Shown in pieces: positions 1-9,679 of a stretch of DNA of 53,627 bases. Source of the stretch: an uncultured Rhodobacterales bacterium (GTDB taxonomy: Bacteria > Pseudomonadota > Alphaproteobacteria > Rhodobacterales > Rhodobacteraceae). The stretch covers positions 1 through 53,627 of the forward strand of contig CAYZAY010000005.1 in NCBI GenBank assembly GCA_964476515.1. The letters run 5' to 3'. Below the pieces are notes generated by a model. That model was not told the origin of the DNA and did not search any database. It saw only the letters and a program-made list of their open reading frames with translations. Within the stretch, counting starts at the first letter, position 1. Each line of letters begins with the position of its first letter. Position numbers and translations under genes: made by a program.

Positions 1-1
1 G

Positions 2-1150
2 ATGATCGGGCCCACCGGGGTTGGCAAAACCGAGATTAGCCGCCGGCTTGCCCGGCTTGCCCGCGCGCCGTTCCTCAAAGTTGAGGCAACCAAATTTACC
101 GAGGTTGGCTATGTCGGTCGTGACGTTGAGCAGATCGTTCGCGACCTTGTGGACAACGCCATCATCACCACCCGCGAATTCATGCGCGAAGAGGTAAAGG
201 CCAACGCCCACAACGCCGCCGAAGAGCGTGTGATTGAAGCGATTGCAGGCAAAGACGCCCGCGACGGCACCCGCGACATGTTCCGCAAAAAGCTAAAATC
301 GGGTGAACTTGACGACACTATGATCGAGCTTGAGTTATCGGACACCTCAAACCCAATGGGCGGGCTGTTCGATATTCCGGGCCAGCCTGGAAGCCAGATG
401 GGGATGATGAACCTTGGCGATATGTTCGGCAAAGCCATGGGTGGGCGCACGGTTAAGAAAAAACTGTCCGTTGCAGAAAGCTACGAAATCCTGATCGGGG
501 AAGAAGCCGACAAGCTGTTGGACGACGAAACCGTGAACAAAGCGGCGCTTGAATCGGTCGAACAGAACGGCATCGTGTTTCTTGACGAGATCGACAAGGT
601 TTGCGCCCGCTCTGATGCACGCGGCGGCGATGTGTCCCGCGAAGGCGTTCAGCGTGATCTGCTTCCATTGATCGAAGGCACGACCGTCAGCACCAAACAC
701 GGTCCCGTCAAAACCGACCACATCCTGTTCATCGCTTCTGGCGCATTCCACATCGCCAAACCGTCGGATCTGTTGCCCGAACTACAGGGCCGTCTGCCGA
801 TCCGTGTTGAGCTGCGTGCGCTGACCGAAGAGGATTTTGTCCGCATCCTGACCGAAACCGACAACGCGCTAACCCGCCAGTACACAGCATTGATGGGAAC
901 CGAGGAAGTCACCGTCGACTTCACCGAAGACGGCATCGCAGCGCTGGCCCGCATTGCGGCTGGCGTGAACCAAACCGTTGAAAACATTGGCGCACGTCGT
1001 CTTTACACGGTGATGGAGCGTGTTTTTGAAGAGCTCAGCTTTTCCGCGCCTGACCGTGGTGGAGAACAGGTCACCGTAAATGCCGCCTTTGTAGAAAAGC
1101 ATCTGGGCGATCTGGCGAAATCCACAGATATGAGCCGGTACGTGCTTTAA
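2..1150 (+). CDS. hslU: ATP-dependent protease ATPase subunit HslU (5' end outside window)
   Basis: Walker A '[15 protein letters not shown]' lies at the first codons and the length and C-terminus '...STDMSRYVL' are HslU-like. The true N-terminus lies left of the window. Confidence 0.95.
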   Translation: MIGPTGVGKTEISRRLARLARAPFLKVEATKFTEVGYVGRDVEQIVRDLVDNAIITTREFMREEVKANAHNAAEERVIEAIAGKDARDGTRDMFRKKLKSGELDDTMIELELSDTSNPMGGLFDIPGQPGSQMGMMNLGDMFGKAMGGRTVKKKLSVAESYEILIGEEADKLLDDETVNKAALESVEQNGIVFLDEIDKVCARSDARGGDVSREGVQRDLLPLIEGTTVSTKHGPVKTDHILFIASGAFHIAKPSDLLPELQGRLPIRVELRALTEEDFVRILTETDNALTRQYTALMGTEEVTVDFTEDGIAALARIAAGVNQTVENIGARRLYTVMERVFEELSFSAPDRGGEQVTVNAAFVEKHLGDLAKSTDMSRYVL

Positions 1151-1360
1151 CTAAAGCCGTGTGGTCATCGTCCCGCTGGGGTGGCGACCGACGCTCGTGG
1201 CTGGCGATTTATATCTCCAAATTCTTGCTCACTGGCGATTGCATTTGACCCCTCCAATCGCCGCCCCTTGGGGGCGGGACGGCGATCGCGCGGCGGCCTT
1301 TGGCCTTGTTCCGCGCATTCCCCCCTTGCCAAATCAGCATTTCCAACACCAACTGCCAGC

Positions 1361-2584
1361 ATGGTGTCTCTCTCGTTTCTCCGTTCCAACATACGTTGGT
1401 TGTCAGCTGGCTTTCTGCTGACGCTGCTGTCGGGTTTCGGGCAGACCTATTTCATCTCTCTCTTCGCCAGTGAAATCCGCGCCGAATTCGGCCTGACACA
1501 TGGTGAATGGGGTGGCATTTACACACTAGGCACCGGTGCTTCTGCGGCGTTGATGGTTTGGGCGGGTGGCTTAACGGACAAGTTCCGCATTCGGGCGATG
1601 GCAATGGTTATCATGCCATTGCTGATGCTCGCCTGTTTCATGATGGCGGGTATCTCGGCGGCCTGGATGCTGCCTGTCGTGATCTTCGCGCTGCGCTTTA
1701 CCGGCCAAGGCATGATGAGCCATCTATCCGTCGTCGCCATGAGTCGTTGGTTCATCGCTGCACGCGGTCGTGCCCTATCTGTTTCAGGGCTTGGGTATTC
1801 CGTGGGCGAAGCATTTCTGCCGATGCTGTTCGTTGCGTTGCTGGCCGTTTTCGACTGGCGGCTTTTGTGGGTTGTCGCGGGTGGTGTCGCTATCCTTGGG
1901 TTGCCTGTGCTTCTGGGGTTGTTGAAAACCGAACGCACCCCACAGTCATTCGCAGAATCCGACCAAAGCCTTGGGATGCAGTCCCGCCACTGGAGCAGGT
2001 CAGAGGCGATACGCCATCCTCTTTTCTGGATGATGTTTCCTGCGCTTCTAGGGCCATCGGCATTTGGCACCGCGTTTTTCTTTCATCAGGTCTATTTTGC
2101 CGACCTTAAGGGGCTAAGCCACTTTGAACTGGTCGCCCTGTTCCCGATTTATACCGGCGGGTCGATTGTGATGATGGTGATTTCGGGCTGGCTTCTAGAC
2201 AAGCTGGGAACGGCACGGTTGATCCCCTTGTATCAAGTGCCGATTGGGATCGGGTTCGTGATTTTCGGTTTAACCGGTTCATTGTCGGGCGTTGTTGTCG
2301 GCATCCTGTTCTTCGCTATGACATCTGGTGCCAATGCGAACCTACCCAACGCGTTTTGGGCCGAATTCTACGGCACCAAGCACATCGGGTCGGTCAAAGC
2401 GATGGCTACCGCGATCATGGTATTGGGGTCGGCAATCGGGCCGAGTCTAACCGGTGCGTTCATAGATATGGGCGTGGATCTTGAGGCTCAGTTTGTTTGG
2501 GTCGGAGCATTCTTCGCTGTGGCAACGGTGATGATGGTCATCGGCATAGGCCGCGCGAAACATGATCTAGCGACGGCGGCGTAG
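1361..2584 (+). CDS. MFS transporter
   Basis: Polytopic hydrophobic protein of about 407 aa. I chose the ATG at 1361 ('MVSLSFLRSNIRWLSAGFLL'). The 60 upstream codons of the track ORF (from 1181) are Arg/Pro/Gly-rich and not protein-like. Confidence 0.8.
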   Translation: MVSLSFLRSNIRWLSAGFLLTLLSGFGQTYFISLFASEIRAEFGLTHGEWGGIYTLGTGASAALMVWAGGLTDKFRIRAMAMVIMPLLMLACFMMAGISAAWMLPVVIFALRFTGQGMMSHLSVVAMSRWFIAARGRALSVSGLGYSVGEAFLPMLFVALLAVFDWRLLWVVAGGVAILGLPVLLGLLKTERTPQSFAESDQSLGMQSRHWSRSEAIRHPLFWMMFPALLGPSAFGTAFFFHQVYFADLKGLSHFELVALFPIYTGGSIVMMVISGWLLDKLGTARLIPLYQVPIGIGFVIFGLTGSLSGVVVGILFFAMTSGANANLPNAFWAEFYGTKHIGSVKAMATAIMVLGSAIGPSLTGAFIDMGVDLEAQFVWVGAFFAVATVMMVIGIGRAKHDLATAA

Positions 2585-3169
2585 ATAGACGTAATAGGCG
2601 CCACCACCGCCATGCTTCAGATGCGCTTCGGACACCTGCATAATCGCCTGGCCAACGGGTGCCATTTTCAACCACTGGGGAACCTGATGCCTTAGTGCGC
2701 CCATACGTTCAGGGATCGGGCCGCCGGTGTCTTTGTCTTTCCCTTTACCGGTGATCACCAAAACCAACCGGAATCCCCGCATTTGAGACTGTAGGATAAA
2801 CGTCGTCAGTGCCGGATGCGCCTGGGCAAGTGTCATTCCGTGCAGGTCGATCTTGCCTTCGGGCACCAGCTTGCCACGTTTCATCTTTTGGAACGCCTTG
2901 CGGTCCATTTGAACGGGCGCTTGGGCTACTCGATCCGAAATCGAGGGCAACAGGTCATTAACACTCGATTTACCCTTGGACTTCTGGCCGATCTTGAATT
3001 GGGGGATCGGTTCGGGGCTTCGTTTGATTTCGGGGGTCTTCGGCTTGGGGCGTTTCGTCTCTGTTTCCGCCAAAAATGATGGTTTTGGGGCGTGAAGACG
3101 CTCGGTCGTTTCGGCGACCCTGTCCCAAAGCGCCTCTTCTTCGGGGCGAAGTTTGCGGCGGCGGCTCAT
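2567..3169 (-). CDS. Smr-domain protein (MutS2-type small endonuclease domain)
   Basis: C-terminal Smr motif 'IDLHGMTLAQAH...FRLVLVITGKGK'. Its start overlaps the mltA stop by 4 nt (3166-3169). Confidence 0.8.
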   Translation of the reverse strand: MSRRRKLRPEEEALWDRVAETTERLHAPKPSFLAETETKRPKPKTPEIKRSPEPIPQFKIGQKSKGKSSVNDLLPSISDRVAQAPVQMDRKAFQKMKRGKLVPEGKIDLHGMTLAQAHPALTTFILQSQMRGFRLVLVITGKGKDKDTGGPIPERMGALRHQVPQWLKMAPVGQAIMQVSEAHLKHGGGGAYYVYLRRRR

Positions 3170-4197
3170 TCTTTGGCCTCCTCAGCCATGGCATAGGCAC
3201 GCTGGATCGGGACAAGCTGTATCAGCCTGCCTGTATCGAGGATCTTGCCCGCAACCCTTCCCGCTACATAGCCAGTTCCCACGAATATGTCCGCCCTTTG
3301 CGCGCCCTTAATGGCCGACCCTTTATCCTGCGCGATCATAATACGACGCAAGGCCAATGCCCCGTTCTTTTCCACCCATATCGGTGCGCCGAGTGGCACA
3401 TATTCGGGGTCAACCGCAAGCGTCCTAAGTGGGGTCAGCGGCCAATTCATCGCGCCAAGCGGGCCTTCGTGGCTTTTGGCTTTGGTGACTTCGGCAAAGA
3501 ATACATACGACGGATTATGGCGCAAAAGCTCGGGCCCATCGCTTGGATTGCGACGAACCCAGTTCTTGATAACTTCTGCCGAAACCTCGTGCGGCTCGAA
3601 CACTCCGCGTCGAACCAATTCTTGGCCTATCGACTTGTACCCGTAACCATTTGCCGACGAAAATCCGAGCCTGATTGAGGTTCCGTCGGTAAGTCGAACG
3701 CGAAAAGACCCTTGTATCTGGGCAAAAAACAGTTCGCCCAAATCATCGACCCAAACGATTTCAAGACCCCTGCCCTTTAAGACATCCGTCGTCTCAATCT
3801 CTCGACGTGTCGGCCAATTGCCATTCAGATGGGTGGGCGTTTTATAAACCGGATAGCGAAAAGCCGCCGTTTGAACGCGCGACCCTTTTAGCTCTGGTTC
3901 AAAATAGCCGGTGAACAAAGGGGCCGAGCCGTCCGATATCTCAACCGGCCGAAAGAACAACTCAAAGAAGGTTTTCGGGATTGTCGGATTCAGCCCCATC
4001 GCACAAAGCGATATCCAATCGGGGTCGGTCATATCCGGACGGGTCGATAGAAAGACCTCTAGCGCTGTTGCGTGGTCGTCTTCGTCCCAGCCATCAAGTT
4101 GATCAAACGAGAGCACATGAACATGTGCGATCTCGGCGCGGGCAAGCCCGGTTGCTGCGAACAGGGCGAAAACCGCTGTTCGCAGACGTTTTGTCAT
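3166..4197 (-). CDS. mltA: Membrane-bound lytic murein transglycosylase A
   Basis: Signal peptide 'MTKRLRTAVFALFAATGLARA', the 'TGYFEPELKGS' MltA-specific region, and a C-terminal 3D domain ('IKGAQRADIFVGTG'). Confidence 0.85.
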   Translation of the reverse strand: MTKRLRTAVFALFAATGLARAEIAHVHVLSFDQLDGWDEDDHATALEVFLSTRPDMTDPDWISLCAMGLNPTIPKTFFELFFRPVEISDGSAPLFTGYFEPELKGSRVQTAAFRYPVYKTPTHLNGNWPTRREIETTDVLKGRGLEIVWVDDLGELFFAQIQGSFRVRLTDGTSIRLGFSSANGYGYKSIGQELVRRGVFEPHEVSAEVIKNWVRRNPSDGPELLRHNPSYVFFAEVTKAKSHEGPLGAMNWPLTPLRTLAVDPEYVPLGAPIWVEKNGALALRRIMIAQDKGSAIKGAQRADIFVGTGYVAGRVAGKILDTGRLIQLVPIQRAYAMAEEAKE

Positions 4198-4856
4198 TCG
4201 CCCGTCGCGACCAACTGCCAGTTCGGGTCGCCGCTGTTCATCACGCGAGCAAAGGTCCAGACGTCGCGCTGGCGTTTCACGGCTTTCTCGTCGCCTTCGA
4301 CGATGGTGCCTTCGCCGTCTTTAACGACCGAGGTCATTTCGCCAACAAAACGAACGCTGACTTCGGCCTCTGCGGTGGTTTCGTCAAACGTCGCATCCGA
4401 CAGACCAAGTTCACGAATGCCGATAAACTTGGCGTCGATGGTAAGGCCCTGTTCTTCGCGCATCTTAACGACATCGTTGAAGCTCTCGAAAATCTCGTCT
4501 GAAATATACGGCTTGATACCGTCCACATCGCCGGCCTCAAAGCCCATCAGGATCATCTCGTATGCGCCGCGCGCACCCTGAAGAAATCCGGCAACCTCAA
4601 ACGACGGGTCGGCGCCCTTCATCTTGGTCAATGCATCAGCAGCTTCACTGCCTTCGGGTACATGGTCGATAATATCGCGGTCTGGTCCGCCTTCGATTAC
4701 TTCGAAATCGTGGTTGGCCGCACGCTTCATTGGCTCGGCCTTTGAAATCGGTGGCTTTTCAAATCCCTCGCGCGTTCCCAGAACATTTCTGAGACGCAGG
4801 ATCAAAAACACTGCGATCGCTGCGAGAACCAGTAGTTGAATAATAGATGTGCTCAT
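4194..4856 (-). CDS. Tim44-like domain protein (inner-membrane anchored)
   Basis: The ATG at 4856 gives 'MSTSIIQLLVLAAIAVFLILRLRNVLG' (N-terminal TM helix) followed by a Tim44-like C-terminal domain. The track ORF extends 78 codons further upstream without support. Confidence 0.75.
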   Translation of the reverse strand: MSTSIIQLLVLAAIAVFLILRLRNVLGTREGFEKPPISKAEPMKRAANHDFEVIEGGPDRDIIDHVPEGSEAADALTKMKGADPSFEVAGFLQGARGAYEMILMGFEAGDVDGIKPYISDEIFESFNDVVKMREEQGLTIDAKFIGIRELGLSDATFDETTAEAEVSVRFVGEMTSVVKDGEGTIVEGDEKAVKRQRDVWTFARVMNSGDPNWQLVATGE

Positions 4857-4965
4857 CTTTACCTCTTTTTGGGGCAAACCATAGAAACCCCTGCCAACAG
4901 CACCTATGTAAGCGAGCGTCAGGGTCAAGTCCACACCGACACAGACCCAATAAAAGAGGTTCACT

Positions 4966-5466
4966 ATGTGGTTATTCTTCGCATTTGTCGCAGTTCCGAT
5001 CATTGAAGTCGCCCTGTTTATCCAATTGGGCGGCGCAATCGGGGTTTGGGCGACACTTGGCATTGTCATTTTGACGGCTGCTATCGGCACCGTTTTGGTT
5101 CGCGAACAGGGCCGTCAGGCGTTGATGAATTTACGGTCGAGCTTTTCCGAACTTAACGACCCGTCAGAGCCACTTGCCCATGGGGCGATGATTTTGCTGG
5201 CGGGTGCGCTGTTGCTTACGCCTGGGTTTTTCACAGATGCCGTTGGTTTCGCGCTGCTGGTTCCTGCCTTCCGCAAGGCCGCGTTTAACTACATCCGCTC
5301 GCGCGTTCAGGTTCAGAGCTTTCAGATGGGCGCGCAGGCCCGCACTCAGTATTCGCCGCAAGATGACATCATCGACACCGAGTACCACGAGGTTAAAGAC
5401 GGCGATGACGTCCCTCCTCATCCTAAATCGCCAACGCACCAGCCGTCAGGCTGGACGAAGCATTGA
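4966..5466 (+). CDS. fxsA: FxsA family membrane protein
   Basis: 'MWLFFAFVAVPIIEVALFIQLGG' and 'LLLTPGFFTDAVGFALLVPAFR' are typical FxsA motifs. Confidence 0.8.
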   Translation: MWLFFAFVAVPIIEVALFIQLGGAIGVWATLGIVILTAAIGTVLVREQGRQALMNLRSSFSELNDPSEPLAHGAMILLAGALLLTPGFFTDAVGFALLVPAFRKAAFNYIRSRVQVQSFQMGAQARTQYSPQDDIIDTEYHEVKDGDDVPPHPKSPTHQPSGWTKH

Positions 5467-5522
5467 GGCGTCCCGCACAACCTGTTACACGCGTTTCGAT
5501 CTAATTCTTGAGGAGATTTCAC

Positions 5523-6026
5523 ATGGCCGAAAACGGCACCGAGGCAGGGGCAGAGGCACAACCGCCAGTTCCACCAAAAATGAGCGTTATGACGCAATTC
5601 ATCCGCGACCTATCGTTTGAAAACATTCTGGCCCAAAAAGGCGTCAGTGGCGAAGTTGCGCCCGAGGTTGCTGTGAACATCGCTGTTGAGCCGCGCAATC
5701 GTACCGTTGAAAACCAGTACGAAGTTGCGATAAAGCTAAACGTTGAAAGTAAGAACAAGGGCACCGAAGAAAAGCTTTTCATTCTTGAAATCGACTACGC
5801 TGGTGTGTTCGCAGTTGAAAATGTTCCTCAGGATCAGCTTCACCCATATCTGATGATCGAATGCCCACGCATGATCTTCCCATTCCTGCGTCGCGTTGTT
5901 CACGACGTAACGCGTGACGGTGGCTTCCCGCCGCTGAACTTGGAAAATGTCGACTTTATTCAGCTGTATCGAAACGAACTTGCGAAGCGCGCTGCTGAAG
6001 CACAGGCACAAAAAGCCGACGCTTAA
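5523..6026 (+). CDS. secB: Protein-export chaperone SecB
   Basis: SecB-like sequence ('[12 protein letters not shown]...', '[17 protein letters not shown]'). The ATG at 5523 follows 'gaggag'. The gene is convergent with dnaQ and overlaps it by 4 nt. Confidence 0.9.
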   Translation: MAENGTEAGAEAQPPVPPKMSVMTQFIRDLSFENILAQKGVSGEVAPEVAVNIAVEPRNRTVENQYEVAIKLNVESKNKGTEEKLFILEIDYAGVFAVENVPQDQLHPYLMIECPRMIFPFLRRVVHDVTRDGGFPPLNLENVDFIQLYRNELAKRAAEAQAQKADA

Positions 6027-6754
6027 TCGCTAAGCTTTTTCCACAATGCGCCGTCGCCCATCGCCTCGACAAAGGCTGTATGGGCGGCGGCTTCTTCATT
6101 TGTAAGCCTTGGTGACAGCTTGCTTGGGCGCGGCTGAGGCCGCCAAGCTTCGCCATTTGATCCAGCGCCGCCTGCCTGTTGACCCGATAGATCCATTCCG
6201 GGCTGACGCCCACCGATCAGTTCCAGATACACTTCGGCCAAAATTTCGGAATCGAGAAGCGCGCCGTGAAGCGTTCGCGCTGTGTTATCAATCGCGAAGC
6301 GTCGGCAAAGGGCATCCAAAGACGCAGGAGAGCCTGGAAACTTTTTGCGGGCAATCGCCAGCGTGTCGAGCGCTTGGGAAGTCGGCAGCTTCTGCATTTT
6401 CAGCCAGCCGAGCTCCGCATTCAGGAACTTCATGTCGAAAGCCGCATTATGAATAACCAGCGTGGCGTCCCCAACGAAATTGACGAAATCCTGCGCTATC
6501 TGGGCAAATACCGGCTTGTCTTTAAGCGTAACCTCGCCCGGTTCGGCCTTGCGGGGCGGAGACAGCAAATCCGGCCCAATCCCGTGTACGCCAAACGCTT
6601 CATTCGGCATGAAACGTTCGGGGTTGATGTATTGGTGATAGGTTTTGCCGGTCGGAACGTGGTTATAAAGCTCGATCGCGCCGATTTCTACGATCCGGTC
6701 ACCGTCGTTGGGCTCAAAACCCGTGGTCTCGGTATCAAGTACAATCTCACGCAT
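6023..6754 (-). CDS. dnaQ: DNA polymerase III epsilon subunit (3'-5' exonuclease)
   Basis: ExoI motif '[12 protein letters not shown]', ExoII '[13 protein letters not shown]', ExoIII '[14 protein letters not shown]'. Confidence 0.9.
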   Translation of the reverse strand: MREIVLDTETTGFEPNDGDRIVEIGAIELYNHVPTGKTYHQYINPERFMPNEAFGVHGIGPDLLSPPRKAEPGEVTLKDKPVFAQIAQDFVNFVGDATLVIHNAAFDMKFLNAELGWLKMQKLPTSQALDTLAIARKKFPGSPASLDALCRRFAIDNTARTLHGALLDSEILAEVYLELIGGRQPGMDLSGQQAGGAGSNGEAWRPQPRPSKLSPRLTNEEAAAHTAFVEAMGDGALWKKLSD

Positions 6755-7337
6755 TAATCCGGCCTTTAATTTCTGCCAAAATGGCTTTCACCTGTTCTTC
6801 CGCATGGTCCGGCGTGTCGGTGATCACCACATAATCGGCCCCTGCCCTTTTTTCGGCGTCTGGAGCCTGTTTGGCAAGAATAGTCTCGAATTGTGCTTCG
6901 GTCATGGTGCCGCGCTCAAGAACCCTTTGGCGTTGGGTGCCTGCATCAACCGACACAACCACGACCGCGTCCATATTGGCGGCAGCGCCCGTTTCGAACA
7001 GCAAGGGAATGTCCAAAACGACGATCTCATCCTGATGATTGCTTAGAAAATCGGCGCGGTCCTGTGCGACCAGCGGATGAACGATGGCTTCGATCTTTTT
7101 CAAAGCCGATGCGTCTTGCGCAATGATCGCTTTCAGCTTCACCCGATCAACGGCCCCATCTGTGATTGCGTCGGGAAAAGCGGTTCCCATCGGCTCAGCC
7201 GCCAAGCCGCCGGTCGCATAGAGTCGGTGAACCGCTGCGTCCGCATCCCAAACGGCACAGCCGTACTGGCGGAACAATTCCGCGGTCGAGGATTTGCCCA
7301 TCCCGATTGATCCGGTGAGACCAATGATGAAAGTCAT
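6747..7337 (-). CDS. coaE: Dephospho-CoA kinase
   Basis: P-loop '[12 protein letters not shown]', CoaE length, and an 8-nt overlap with the dnaQ start. Confidence 0.9.
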   Translation of the reverse strand: MTFIIGLTGSIGMGKSSTAELFRQYGCAVWDADAAVHRLYATGGLAAEPMGTAFPDAITDGAVDRVKLKAIIAQDASALKKIEAIVHPLVAQDRADFLSNHQDEIVVLDIPLLFETGAAANMDAVVVVSVDAGTQRQRVLERGTMTEAQFETILAKQAPDAEKRAGADYVVITDTPDHAEEQVKAILAEIKGRINA

Positions 7338-8167
7338 CGCAAAACTGCGGCGCGGGTTTTTTCGTTCACTTCGGGGCGAATGCCAAACCAGCGATCAAAC
7401 CCTGGAACCGCTTGGTGCAATAGCATTCCCAAGCCATCAACCGTCCGGCACCCGATTTCAGCGGCATCCTGAAGCAGCTTGGTTTCCAACGGCGTGTAAA
7501 CGATGTCGGTCACCACAGCTTTGGGGCTTAGGTTTTCCAGCGGCACGCGGAATTCCTGTTTTCCAACCATCCCGAGCGAGGTTGTATTCACCACGGTCGC
7601 GGCGTCTTCCAACATGTTGCCCGAATTCACCCAATCAACGACCGAGATTTTAGCCCCGAAATCCGCTTTCAGGTTTTCTGCGCGAATGCGGGTTCGGTTG
7701 GAAATCATGATTTCCGGCACGCCTTCTTCGAGAAGCGCGATTATGATAGCCCGCGATGCCCCGCCAGCCCCAAGAACAGCAGCAGGTCCCGCGCTAGGCT
7801 CCCAATCGGGGGCACCTTGTTTCAGGTTTTCGATAAATCCTGTGCCATCGGTGTTGTCGGCGTAGATCCGTCCATCATCCCCGAAGCTAAGCGTGTTGGC
7901 CGCGCCGACCAAAGTTGCGCGATCCGAAACCTTATCCGCAATGCTTAACGCATGCTCTTTGAGCGGGATCGTCACATTGCAACCAACGAAACCCATCTTC
8001 GGCATAGTGCGCAGAACGTCTTCTAAATCCTGATCGACAACATCAATCGGAACGTAGTGACCGCGAACACCCAGTTCACGGAACCAATGACGGAACAGAG
8101 CAGGGGATTTGCTATGGGCAATTGGGTGTCCAATCACGCCTGCCAAAGGAATTTTCACGTCGCTCAT
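7334..8167 (-). CDS. aroE: Shikimate dehydrogenase
   Basis: 'GVIGHPIAHSKSPALF', 'LGAGGASRAI' NADP-binding loop, and a 4-nt overlap with coaE. Confidence 0.9.
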   Translation of the reverse strand: MSDVKIPLAGVIGHPIAHSKSPALFRHWFRELGVRGHYVPIDVVDQDLEDVLRTMPKMGFVGCNVTIPLKEHALSIADKVSDRATLVGAANTLSFGDDGRIYADNTDGTGFIENLKQGAPDWEPSAGPAAVLGAGGASRAIIIALLEEGVPEIMISNRTRIRAENLKADFGAKISVVDWVNSGNMLEDAATVVNTTSLGMVGKQEFRVPLENLSPKAVVTDIVYTPLETKLLQDAAEIGCRTVDGLGMLLHQAVPGFDRWFGIRPEVNEKTRAAVLR

Positions 8168-8763
8168 ACTGGTAAGGTTCCACGTATCGTCAAATAAGAA
8201 AGTAATTCTAAAAGCGGAATGCCGAGGATTGTAAAGTAATCTCCGTCAATGCGCGAGAAAAGCCTGACGCCTTCTTCTTCCAGTTTATATCCGCCAACCG
8301 AGTGCTGAATGCTGTCCCTGTTGCGTGTCAAATAGTCTGTCAGATAGTCGTCCGAGAAGTCCCTCATCGTCAATCGGGCCACCCCGACATGCCGCCATTT
8401 TGGTTCTCCACCTTCATACACCACAGCAGCCGAGAGTAATTGATGTGTATCATTCCGAAGTCGGCGCAATTGGTCGGCAGCCTGTTCGGGGGATTTCGGC
8501 TTTGACAGCATACTTTTGCCAGTTGCCAGTATCTGATCGCAGCCAATTACCAAAGCGTCGGGGTTCTTAAGGCTGACCTTGCGCGCTTTCCCTTCGGCCA
8601 ACGCATCCGCGATGTCACGGGGCAGGGCGCCGTCTGCTATCAGGGCCGCTTTGATGGTGTCTTCGTCAATCCGAGCGGCCTGAACTGTGACCTCAACCCC
8701 GGCGTTCTGCAACAGAGTCCTGCGGATTTCGGATCCTGAAGCCAGAATGATCTGCGACGCCAT
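8164..8763 (-). CDS. maf: Maf-like nucleoside triphosphate pyrophosphatase
   Basis: 'IILASGSEIRRTLLQNAG...' Maf family. I chose the ATG at 8763 (MASQ...). It overlaps aroE by 4 nt. Confidence 0.85.
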   Translation of the reverse strand: MASQIILASGSEIRRTLLQNAGVEVTVQAARIDEDTIKAALIADGALPRDIADALAEGKARKVSLKNPDALVIGCDQILATGKSMLSKPKSPEQAADQLRRLRNDTHQLLSAAVVYEGGEPKWRHVGVARLTMRDFSDDYLTDYLTRNRDSIQHSVGGYKLEEEGVRLFSRIDGDYFTILGIPLLELLSYLTIRGTLPV

Positions 8764-9159
8764 GTGGATAACTCCGTGGGAAAGTGGGGGCATGAATTGC
8801 TTACTGATCTATGAAGAATTTGAACACTTTCCACCAGTACCAACTACCTTTGGATAAAACCCCAAGTCTCAGGCAAACTCAGGGAAATTATACAGTGTGG
8901 GCAAGGATTGATTTTTCCTGTGGGTTGGTTGGGATTTTGCGGATTTCTGAAAGTTATCCACTGAATACGATAAGTCATAACATACTGATTAATAACAATT
9001 AAACTGCGTTATAATCTCTTTATCCGCAACTCTATCCAGATATATTTAAGCTCGGGACAATCTCGTGGATAGATCAATAATCCACAGAAAACGACCTTAC
9101 CTACAAAATCATCATCCTTTCTTTTCTTTCTTATTTATTATTAAGAGGGGCTAAGAGGA
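8763..9159. other. Candidate chromosomal origin of replication (oriC): AT-rich gap with a DnaA-box cluster
   Basis: DnaA-box matches to TTATCCACA: 8763-8771 (tgtggataa, perfect, reverse), 8849-8857 (1 mismatch, reverse), 8954-8962 (ttatccact), 9020-9028 (ttatccgca), 9078-9086 (taatccaca), plus 2-mismatch sites at 9032-9040 and 9064-9072. A strongly AT-rich core lies at about 8960-9060 and 9100-9145. Gene orientation switches here and parS/parAB are nearby. Confidence 0.6.
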
Positions 9160-9624
9160 GTGCCTATCTTGATCAGTGATTTCCTGTCCCTGACCTATCC
9201 TTGGGTCAAAGCCATTCACATCATGGCTGTAATCAGCTGGATGGCAGGATTGTTCTATCTTCCAAGATTATTCGTCTATCACGCTGAACGGGTTGAAACC
9301 GGAAGCGAAACCGATGGTTTGTTTCAGGTGATGGAAATCAAGCTTCTCAGGTTCATCATGAACAATGCCATGATTGCGTCTTGGGTTGCAGGGCTTCTTA
9401 TGGTCCTAACCCCGGGTATCATCGACTGGAGCGCCGTGTGGCCCTATGCCAAGGGTATCTCGGTCATTGCTATGACATGGTTCCATATGTGGCTTGCTGC
9501 GCGTCGTAAGGACTTTGAGCGCGGTGAAAACGTGCTAACTGGCCGTCGCTACCGGATGATGAACGAAGTTCCGACATTGCTGATGCTGGTCATTGTTGTC
9601 TCAGTTGTTGTGAAACCCTTCTGA
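9160..9624 (+). CDS. hemJ: Protoporphyrinogen IX oxidase HemJ (CopD-like membrane protein)
   Basis: 'WVKAIHIMAVISWMAGLFYLPRLFVYHAE' is the HemJ/UPF0093 signature. The GTG start at 9160 is preceded by 'aggag'. Confidence 0.8.
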   Translation: MPILISDFLSLTYPWVKAIHIMAVISWMAGLFYLPRLFVYHAERVETGSETDGLFQVMEIKLLRFIMNNAMIASWVAGLLMVLTPGIIDWSAVWPYAKGISVIAMTWFHMWLAARRKDFERGENVLTGRRYRMMNEVPTLLMLVIVVSVVVKPF

Positions 9625-9679
9625 GCAGGCTTGAAACTTTTCAGGATTAAAGACACTCCACGATCCAAGAGGATCGAAA

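Noticed and set aside
1261-1277. GC hairpin ccgcccc-ttg-ggggcgg, and repeated ctggcgatt (1201-1209, 1232-1240), in the hslU-MFS gap. Considered as a terminator or operator.
   Set aside because: The hairpin has a 3-nt loop and no downstream T-tract. The 9-mers are short and I cannot tie them to any known regulator. This is too weak to call.
8989-9002. TTAA...TTAA pair inside the origin region, considered as a CtrA box.
   Set aside because: The spacer is 6 nt (taacaa), not the 7 nt of the TTAA-N7-TTAA consensus. In an AT-rich region such a match is expected by chance.
8811-9002. A 63-aa ORF inside the AT-rich gap.
   Set aside because: It has no RBS and an AT-rich, low-information translation. 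The region is better explained as the replication origin.
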